Origin: an uncultured Gammaproteobacteria bacterium
Lineage (GTDB): Bacteria > Patescibacteriota > Patescibacteriia > UBA1558 > 2-01-FULL-52-15
Direction: 5' to 3'
DNA length: 64,000 bases
Assembly (NCBI GenBank): GCA_964402565.1
Contig: CAYOCJ010000001.1
Location: 568,823-632,822 of the forward strand
Positions 56,910-64,000 of this stretch are shown one piece after another. The notes beneath the pieces were generated by a model. That model was not told the origin of the DNA, made no database searches, and saw only the letters and a program-made list of their open reading frames with translations. The position numbers were made by a program, and so were the translations under genes. Within the stretch, counting starts at the first letter, position 1; the number at the start of each line of letters is the position of its first letter.

Positions 56910-57839
56910 CTACTGCATCCTACCGCTGTTTCGCGCTGCCAGCAAGACCGAGGGCGCTGTAGCGCTTAAGGCGAGTATTTCTCCGTCGGTGAATTCTCCG
57001 TCTCTCTTTGCCGCGCAAAGCAACGCTCCGACAACATTTTGATCTTCAAGCACCGGCACGGCCATAAGCCGGGGCCGCGCGTATGGCATAGCGCGGTGCA
57101 TAGGTTTGAAATCGGCCGCAATGATGCGAAAGGGCTTCTGTGTCTTGAATACTTCGGATAATACTGTATCTTTATCCAAATTTTCTTCAGCGCCGATCAA
57201 ATGCTCATAGTACCCGAAATCAGAAAGAATTTTGAGTGATTGTCCTGATGCATTGAATGAAGCAAAGAGGGCTTTTTCTGCATTAAATGATAAGGCCAGC
57301 ATTTTAACCATCTCGTCCAGCTCTTGTCCGCGCGGCTGTTCATTCAGGATAGTCGACAAGCCGATCAATAAAGCCATAGTCCTCTGCCTTTCCCTGGAGC
57401 GGATGGCTTGTATGCGCCCCAGCTGATACAAGATTGACCGCTCGCCGACAGCTGAACGTTTTGCCAGTTCCAATGTTTTTAACACTGAGAACTCTATGAC
57501 CTCGGTCACCTCATCGCGTGCATGCACGTGATACGGATATCTCTTGCCGGGCTCAAGCAAGGTCGTATATCCCCATAAGTTGTGCTTATCGAGAATTTCT
57601 ACCGGAATGCGTATCAGATCAGTGTTCCGCTGCGGGTTGGTAAAGACAAAGCTGATCTCTATCTTGCCTTTCAGTATGAATAAGATCTTGGCATTTGCAG
57701 TGCCGGCATGATAGATTGATTCATCAGGAATATATGACTTGAGCGTGCCTGAAGAAACGAAAAATTCGAGGTCACGAATATTAACCCCGTCGAACAATTG
57801 GCTTTGAGCTAATGCATGCAGCGCCTCCTGCGAGTCCAT
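56910..57839 (-). CDS. Cyclic-nucleotide-binding domain plus GAF domain protein
   Basis: SQLFDGV..IYHAG..LFILKGKIEI (CNB-like); LMAVPVL..VGAL..FTDGE (GAF-like). Confidence 0.75.
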   Translation of the reverse strand: MDSQEALHALAQSQLFDGVNIRDLEFFVSSGTLKSYIPDESIYHAGTANAKILFILKGKIEISFVFTNPQRNTDLIRIPVEILDKHNLWGYTTLLEPGKRYPYHVHARDEVTEVIEFSVLKTLELAKRSAVGERSILYQLGRIQAIRSRERQRTMALLIGLSTILNEQPRGQELDEMVKMLALSFNAEKALFASFNASGQSLKILSDFGYYEHLIGAEENLDKDTVLSEVFKTQKPFRIIAADFKPMHRAMPYARPRLMAVPVLEDQNVVGALLCAAKRDGEFTDGEILALSATAPSVLLAARNSGRMQ

Positions 57840-57990
57840 GTCGATAGTTACCTGTCAATAATCAGTTGCTTGTCACCACAGAAAATGCTTCTGTCTTGTA
57901 TGATATATATTCAATCACGATGGACCCAATATATCAAGCAACTGAGTAATCCTCCTCTTTCAATAATACCGAACAGCATGTATCATTCGG

Positions 57991-59340
57991 ATGATGTCAA
58001 CATGGTCTAACGCACTGCCTGCCTTCGTCAAGAACTCTCCAAGCGCTATCTGTTTGGCAATTTTTTTTCTTTTTTTCGTGATATATAACCTGAACCTGGC
58101 CTACGAAACGAGCGGCGATATACGAGGAACTGAATTAACGCCTGTGTCTATTATTAATGAGGGTAACTTGGAATTTAGCGAATTCTCAGACGGGACACCA
58201 GGCCAATACTGGTTCTATGCAGACCCTGCGACACAGTTGGTTGTATCAGTGTACCCAATCTTTACCGGCATTCTGGTGACGCCTGTCTATTGGATCGCAC
58301 ACATACTCGGCATAGATATCACGTCACTAGCGCATCAAAAATTCCTTGCAAAATTTTGCAGTGCAGCGATCGCCTCGCTGACGGTCGTGCTCATGTACCT
58401 GCTGGTACTCGAGGTAAGTACACAACGCACTGCTTTTCTTATGGCAGGACTCTTCGGATTAGGAACGGACATATGGGCCACTGCAAGCCGCGGACTTTGG
58501 CAGCACGGACCGGGGGTTCTGTTCATCATACTGAGCTTGCTCTTTCTATTACGTGGCAAAAAAAATAAAAACTATCTTCCCTGGGTCGGGCTCTGGATGG
58601 GATGCGCTGTCTGGACCAGGCCGGCTAATGTATTATTGCTATTGCCTCTCGCATTGTACGTTTTATTCCGTCATCGTCAATACGCTGCAAAATTTATTAC
58701 GCTTGGCGCGTTACCAGTACTTATGATGTGCCTGTATTCCTGGACATACTTCCATGAAATAAAAAATCTTGGGCAGGCGCAGGTCATAGAATTCAGCGGC
58801 AACTTTTTCCAGGGGCTTGTCGGCCTGCTTATATCGCCGAGCCACGGCATTTTGACGCATGCGCCAGTATTCATTTTTGCCTTTGCCTCTTTTTATTATG
58901 CTTTTCAGAACAGAAAAAAAGATCCGCTCTATCTGCTCCTTGTCATTGGATCTTTATTATTCCTGTTCTTCATAGCCAAATGGCCGATGTGGTGGGGCGG
59001 ATGGAGCTATGGATATCGATTACTCATCGAGCTGAGTCCTTTTCTTATGTTGCTTTCAGCCTACTGGTGGCATCATGTCCTCCGGCATAATAAGATCATG
59101 GCGAGCTGTTTCATTGTGCTCGCGCTTCTATCGGTCGGGATAGAAACTGTCGGGGCTTTTTTCAGCCCATGCAGATACGGCAACCGGACCGTCACGCTTG
59201 AAGACCAGAGCGGCTTATGGGACATAACATCGCATCCTCTACTGAGCTGTATCAATCGCGCGTCATTCTGCGATCCATCAAAGCGGCTCGATGTGTTATT
59301 CCATTGGAACAGTCCGTACAAAACTATTTGCAGGCAATAA
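57991..59340 (+). CDS. GT-C fold (ArnT/PMT-like) membrane glycosyltransferase
   Basis: Multi-TM; SGD loop, LWQHG, RP, WWGGWSYGYRLL. Confidence 0.65.
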   Translation: MMSTWSNALPAFVKNSPSAICLAIFFLFFVIYNLNLAYETSGDIRGTELTPVSIINEGNLEFSEFSDGTPGQYWFYADPATQLVVSVYPIFTGILVTPVYWIAHILGIDITSLAHQKFLAKFCSAAIASLTVVLMYLLVLEVSTQRTAFLMAGLFGLGTDIWATASRGLWQHGPGVLFIILSLLFLLRGKKNKNYLPWVGLWMGCAVWTRPANVLLLLPLALYVLFRHRQYAAKFITLGALPVLMMCLYSWTYFHEIKNLGQAQVIEFSGNFFQGLVGLLISPSHGILTHAPVFIFAFASFYYAFQNRKKDPLYLLLVIGSLLFLFFIAKWPMWWGGWSYGYRLLIELSPFLMLLSAYWWHHVLRHNKIMASCFIVLALLSVGIETVGAFFSPCRYGNRTVTLEDQSGLWDITSHPLLSCINRASFCDPSKRLDVLFHWNSPYKTICRQ

Positions 59341-59363
59341 GGTCCTTTACATTGCGCTTCACG

Positions 59364-61001
59364 TCACGGCGCAGTATGCGGGGCGACCTTATTCAGGTAG
59401 ATATATTGTATCGGTGAGAACAGCGTGCTGACTTTCCTTTTTTCAAGTACTTCATAGCCGCCGAGCGGAGAAAAAGAAAGTATGTATTTCATTTGATGCC
59501 CCGGTGTCAGCTCTTTGACATACCACGGAGCCCAGGTTGGTGTTTCGGAACCTAATAGTATTCCCTTTCCGTACAAATGCCAGCCATTCCACTCATAGCC
59601 TCCTTCAATATCAGACACAGCGACTCCTCTGCTCAGGAGTACATTGCCCAGGTCCCATCGAACTCGATTCCAAGATAGATAATCGTACGTTCCGATCGCG
59701 CTGCATGATGCTAGTACAATAAGCATTACCACAAAAGCCGTTGGCGACCATTTCACCGTTCGAAGCACAGAACCGCAATACAGCGCCACAACTGGCAGCA
59801 CAGCAAGTAGATATCGGTCAAATGAGAAAATGGGCAGCAAAATGACCATATACAGTACAAAAAAGTAGCTGACAAACCTAGTGTCCTGCAGATTATTTCT
59901 TGCATTGAGCATAACTAAAGCCATGAGTACAAGATTGAACGTGAGCGCGGCCGTCAATATGAACGGCCACACTGTCAGGGAATCTATTGCTATGTCTCCT
60001 TGCATGACTGAAGAAGCCGGACCAAGGCCTGTGATGTTAATAATATTTCCCATCGAAGGGAAAAATGCATGGTTCACCGCAGCATATATCAAAACGACGG
60101 CGCCAAGACCGGTGAGCACCCAACATTGCCGCGTACGCAGCCACGAGAGATTTTTTGCCAAAATCGATATTGAAACAGGCGTTAAAAATAATGAGAATAG
60201 GAGTAAGAAATCCCAGCCATTCGTAATGATATGTTGGGCATATGACAGGCCCTGATATAAAAACCTGGCCCCGACTGTAGTCGGCAGCGCATGCAGCATA
60301 AAAAGTATAGAGTAGAACATTACCAGTATTATTCCTGGCAATACAAAGGCAAGTAAAAACTGGCGCAGATGAAATGGTCTTTTCCGAAGCAGGTAGTAAG
60401 CTCCTGCACTGACGAATAGAACGATATTCGTCTGCCGTATAAAAAAACCTAAAACGGAAAGCGCTGATCCGAGCGTAAGGTATGTTACTTTGCTTTCTTT
60501 AAATCCCAGGAAATACCAGTACAGCGAGGCGACAAGAAAAAAGAGAGATGGAATATCGCTCATAAACGTGTAAGAAAGGTTCATGAAGATGGGATTAGCC
60601 CAGATCAGGAGTGCCAAAAGCAAACTCGATACAACAGGAACATCGCATTTTCGCAACAAGCGGTACATCAAAATAATAATTCCCCACGAAAAGACGATTG
60701 TACTTATCCTGAACAGGCTGAACGAAAATCCGAACACCGTTCCTAACACCGCACCATAGGCCATCAGTATATGTGAATTCGGTGATATCCAATCAGGATA
60801 ACTCAGGACGCCGAATTTCAAAAAATTATATATCGTTACTGTATGTACCCAGTCATCGTTCAAGGCAAATTCTCCCAACGGGCTAATGACAATGATCTGA
60901 ACAAGAAACAAAAAACCAAGGACGATATATGCATGTCTATCCCTTATTGCCCTGTATCCTCTGCTTATGCTGCGCGGCTGTTCCACGACCGTTCGTGTCA
61001 A
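59364..61001 (-). CDS. GT-C fold (PMT_2/GT83-like) membrane glycosyltransferase
   Basis: LNDDW first-loop acidic motif, TFMSDIP, IRQ, FDRYLL. Confidence 0.75.
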   Translation of the reverse strand: MTRTVVEQPRSISRGYRAIRDRHAYIVLGFLFLVQIIVISPLGEFALNDDWVHTVTIYNFLKFGVLSYPDWISPNSHILMAYGAVLGTVFGFSFSLFRISTIVFSWGIIILMYRLLRKCDVPVVSSLLLALLIWANPIFMNLSYTFMSDIPSLFFLVASLYWYFLGFKESKVTYLTLGSALSVLGFFIRQTNIVLFVSAGAYYLLRKRPFHLRQFLLAFVLPGIILVMFYSILFMLHALPTTVGARFLYQGLSYAQHIITNGWDFLLLFSLFLTPVSISILAKNLSWLRTRQCWVLTGLGAVVLIYAAVNHAFFPSMGNIINITGLGPASSVMQGDIAIDSLTVWPFILTAALTFNLVLMALVMLNARNNLQDTRFVSYFFVLYMVILLPIFSFDRYLLAVLPVVALYCGSVLRTVKWSPTAFVVMLIVLASCSAIGTYDYLSWNRVRWDLGNVLLSRGVAVSDIEGGYEWNGWHLYGKGILLGSETPTWAPWYVKELTPGHQMKYILSFSPLGGYEVLEKRKVSTLFSPIQYIYLNKVAPHTAP

Positions 61002-62371
61002 TAATAATTAACCCGATAAGTTCTGCCTGCTTCGTCCCATATCAATTCGGCAGAACCATGCGCATAGTTCGGGTGATCATTCGAATGAAGGAAAATAATG
61101 TCTTCATCGCCCAATGCCGTCAGCGTACGGAAAGCGCCTACGATCGACGCCACATTAGATTCGAAAGGCCTATAAGGAGCTATGTATACTGGTCGTATAC
61201 CCTGTATGCCAATATCACGTACAGCTTTCTGTAACGTCCGTCCGCTGGCATACACGTATGGATAATCCCGAGAAACAATATATATCCATGAGCATGCATT
61301 AACGAGCAGCAGCATAATGTAACATGCCATGGAATATTTTTTAAATTTAAATACTTCAGTGAAAATGGCTCCAGCAATAATGCCAGCCCCTACTCTCGGT
61401 AAATAAGCATAACGCGAGGCTAGCGGCCCCCACCAATGTACTGTTGAAAAAAATAGTGTCGGGAGGGCTGTAATGAGTATCCACAATAATCCATATCCTA
61501 TCGTTCTATTCCTTACGAGACCTAGCAAAACCAATATACATACGCACATAGCCGTCAAGATAGCACCGGTTGTGCCAACCATCGTAAAAACAGGTAAGAA
61601 CAAGTCAGCAATAAGAAAAGGCAATTTGACTATACTCAGGATATTTGGATGCCACCAGCCTTCCGAAACCGTCAATGCAGAATGCTGCCAAATGTATTGT
61701 TGGACAATATACATCATAGTAACTGTTCCAACAGATGCGATCAGAGCCCAATGCAGCCAGCTTTTTTCTATTTTCTTTTTTGAAGAAAAATGATAAAAAC
61801 CTGACACCACAAGCAGAAACGGTGTAATGACCGCTATTTCTTTCGTGCCGAATGCACACAAAACAAAAATAAAAGTGAGACAAGCATGTTGTGCGCGTTT
61901 AGATTCAAGGAACGTATTGTATGCAATGACTGATGCGAGGATGAATACGGTCGCTATGCTATGCAAGTTTGCTGCGATCCAAACGATAGGTTCATACGCT
62001 GAACCTGCCACAGCAACAAAACACAATGCTACGATGGACGCGGATGTCTTTTTTGTAAGTTGATACGTAAGGACACCGGTCAGAAAACTGACTAACGTGT
62101 GTACAACAAGACCCGCCAAAAAATAAATCCATGTTGCGTAGCCAAATAATGAAAAAAATACTGAATAAAATGCGTTCAGTGCGGGTGAATAAAAACTAGA
62201 AACTCGATAAGTTAGAATTTTCCAGACATCATTATCTAATAGCTGGCCATGCCATAACCAAGTAAAATCATCAGAGAAAAAGCTGCCATAGAACATGGTC
62301 CATGAGAATAATAAAAACGTAATTATACTCGCGATCAGAAGAAATGTAATATAAAGCTTGCGGGAGCTCAT
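60998..62371 (-). CDS. GT-C fold (TMTC/PMT-like) membrane protein
   Basis: SDDF, EPIVWIA, TKE, RYAYLP. Confidence 0.7.
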   Translation of the reverse strand: MSSRKLYITFLLIASIITFLLFSWTMFYGSFFSDDFTWLWHGQLLDNDVWKILTYRVSSFYSPALNAFYSVFFSLFGYATWIYFLAGLVVHTLVSFLTGVLTYQLTKKTSASIVALCFVAVAGSAYEPIVWIAANLHSIATVFILASVIAYNTFLESKRAQHACLTFIFVLCAFGTKEIAVITPFLLVVSGFYHFSSKKKIEKSWLHWALIASVGTVTMMYIVQQYIWQHSALTVSEGWWHPNILSIVKLPFLIADLFLPVFTMVGTTGAILTAMCVCILVLLGLVRNRTIGYGLLWILITALPTLFFSTVHWWGPLASRYAYLPRVGAGIIAGAIFTEVFKFKKYSMACYIMLLLVNACSWIYIVSRDYPYVYASGRTLQKAVRDIGIQGIRPVYIAPYRPFESNVASIVGAFRTLTALGDEDIIFLHSNDHPNYAHGSAELIWDEAGRTYRVNYY

Positions 62372-62410
62372 GGAATAATGGTATCACAGTTCTCTACGTG
62401 CGTCCCTAAT

Positions 62411-62505
62411 GAAAAAATGCCCAAATATGTTGAGCATCTTTTCATGGCAGGCCACCTCGAGTTGGAACCGTGGGGAAGCTTGACCTGGTTAGCTTTTCTA
62501 ATGCC
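62411..62505 (-). ncRNA. Candidate ~95-nt small RNA or attenuator
   Basis: TGGTATACT promoter at 62519-62511; CAGGUCA/UGGCCUG stem; terminator AUGCUCAA..UUGGGCAU followed by a U-tract. Confidence 0.4.
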
Positions 62506-62637
62506 TTTTCAGTATACCAGATCGACGCGCCTCGAGCACTAGTCAGCTGTGGTCAGGGCAACCATTTTTTGTATACTCCTCATACCCGATGATACTTCCG
62601 CATTGACCCTATTTATAGACTTGATACAATCATAGCA

Positions 62638-63000
62638 ATGATCAACCAGCCTCAAAACACTACCATGAAAAATACTAGACTCAAAAAGATACTGCGCTCA
62701 ACTTGGTTTACTCCTTTACTAGTTTTAATAGTTGGTACTTTATGGATAATTCTCAAAAACTTTGAATCGCAAAAATCTCATTACTATATTCCTTGGTTGC
62801 TGTGGTTATTAGTGTTTCCTGTTATTATTTTTAGCTCAGTTCTAGTTGCTATTTCAATTGCAGCCAGTAAAAAATATAAAAACTGGTTTTTGGGCTTAAT
62901 AACTTTCATTGTAGTATATCTAATCGCATTAATGCTGTTTAGCTCTTCCTCCCTATTCGGTGCCAGTTTACGGGCACCATTTACTTTGTTTATAAGATAG
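62638..63000 (+). CDS. Small three-TM hypothetical membrane protein
   Basis: Hydrophobic AT-rich ORF with TTGACC/TACAAT-like boxes upstream. Confidence 0.65.
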   Translation: MINQPQNTTMKNTRLKKILRSTWFTPLLVLIVGTLWIILKNFESQKSHYYIPWLLWLLVFPVIIFSSVLVAISIAASKKYKNWFLGLITFIVVYLIALMLFSSSSLFGASLRAPFTLFIR

Positions 63001-63025
63001 ACACTATAATTGTTGGGGAAAAGAA

Positions 63026-63056
63026 GCCCCGCCTAGCGAAAGCCGCCAGGCGGGGG
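63026..63056. terminator. GC-rich hairpin between convergent genes
   Basis: CCCCGCCT...AGGCGGGG. Confidence 0.6.
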
Positions 63057-63078
63057 AAATTAATTCAATGAACAAGTG

Positions 63079-64000
63079 TTACGGGCAGGAGTAGATCGCT
63101 CGTTGCCCAAGGAACGCTGATCCGTAGGTACCTCTCGAACAGAGTGATACTCCACGAACCAGGTAGTAGAAGGTTTGAGCTGCATTAGGTTGAGTCAAGT
63201 CAGTTGCTTGTGTTGCTGTAAGGTCGTTTGCCTCGCAGATTGCACCACCGTAGTTGCCAGCCTGACGCAGATCTGAGAGAAGCCCTCTCACGACGCCGTA
63301 TGTAACTGATGATCCGTCGGGATTTGTGACTCCGCTCCACGACAACGTTGTGTGGTCCGAGAAGATGAGATTCGCAACTTCAGGAACCTGACTCCAGAGC
63401 GATGCATTGAGCGGGTTACAATCCAAGGTGTTTGCAACCCCATCGCCATCGATGTCTGGGTCACAGTTGTCGCCGATACCATCGTTGTCGATATCGCTCT
63501 GGAAGGCGTCGGGAGTTGTCGGACACAGATCACACACATCACCGAACCCATCGTGATCCGTGTCGATCTGGGTAGGGTTACTTACCGTTGGGCAGTTGTC
63601 GCAAGCATCGCCGATACCATCTGAATCCGTATCAGCCTGATTCAGGTTGCTGACGAAGGGACAGTTATCGGTGCTACTTGCGATGGTGTCACCATCAGGA
63701 TCGTCTTTCTGGAAATCTGATGCCAAATAGCTTGCCGTGGTGTAAACGTTTTGTTCGCTATCGGCGGGTACCAGGTCTCGTTCGGATCTCCTGATGGTGA
63801 GATCAGTGAGGGTGTAAGGACCGTTGACTCCGTGGTTTCGGATGGCCACCCCATCGAATGATAGGGTGATTGTGTGCGAACCAGTAGACAGCTGTTGGCT
63901 TTGCGTATGTGCTACAGTGATCAATGCATTACCGGAATACTGCAAGCTGCCTTTAAGGTCATAGCTACCAGCTTGTGTAACCGTCACACCAACTGCGATA
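63079..64000 (-). CDS. Partial (C-terminal end) surface protein with thrombospondin type 3 repeats
   Basis: DNCPxVSNxxQxDTDxDGxGDxCD repeats; frame stays open to the window edge. Confidence 0.85.
   Translation of the reverse strand, partial: IAVGVTVTQAGSYDLKGSLQYSGNALITVAHTQSQQLSTGSHTITLSFDGVAIRNHGVNGPYTLTDLTIRRSERDLVPADSEQNVYTTASYLASDFQKDDPDGDTIASSTDNCPFVSNLNQADTDSDGIGDACDNCPTVSNPTQIDTDHDGFGDVCDLCPTTPDAFQSDIDNDGIGDNCDPDIDGDGVANTLDCNPLNASLWSQVPEVANLIFSDHTTLSWSGVTNPDGSSVTYGVVRGLLSDLRQAGNYGGAICEANDLTATQATDLTQPNAAQTFYYLVRGVSLCSRGTYGSAFLGQRAIYSCP

Noticed and set aside
62440-62505. tRNA (GGTTC and a CCA end on the minus strand)
   Set aside because: No cloverleaf or proper T-arm can be formed.
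1-64000. Recoded genetic code (UGA=Gly), prophage, IS element or diversity-generating retroelement
   Set aside because: Genes are full length under code 11 with TGA stops in ATGA overlaps. No integrase, transposase, phage structural cluster or reverse transcriptase was seen.

Overview
Bacterial chromosome segment (code 11; TGA is used as a stop), most consistent with a Patescibacteria/CPR (Parcubacteria-like) genome. This is an inference from gene content (AMP phosphorylase, sortase plus LPxTG substrate, giant pilin/adhesin genes, several GT-C proteins) and from many apparently leaderless TGnTATACT promoters. Positions 1-41.5 kb are almost entirely minus-strand. Positions 1-28 kb form a tightly packed run. 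It starts with a divergent minimal chemosensory module (MCP-CheW-CheA-REC/zinc-ribbon regulator) coupled to a type IV pilus locus (PilB, PilC, domain-inserted minor pilins, a 1587-aa adhesin, a PilM-PilN-like fusion). AMP phosphorylase follows. Then comes an esterase / acyl-CoA ligase / PLP alpha-oxoamine synthase / 7TM-GAF histidine kinase / stand-alone 7TM cassette that looks like a lipid-derived signal synthesis-and-sensing system, and finally two probable pseudoenzymes. The remainder holds a stand-alone OLD nuclease, an unannotated 39-aa metallothionein-like ORF, sortase and its Cys-repeat substrate, DsbB, RecX, an M23 peptidase, MgtA, a fatty acid desaturase, TypA, an L,D-transpeptidase, GT-C proteins and two candidate small RNAs. 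I found no rRNA, tRNA, CRISPR array or transposase. All assignments come from motif reading; no database searches were run.
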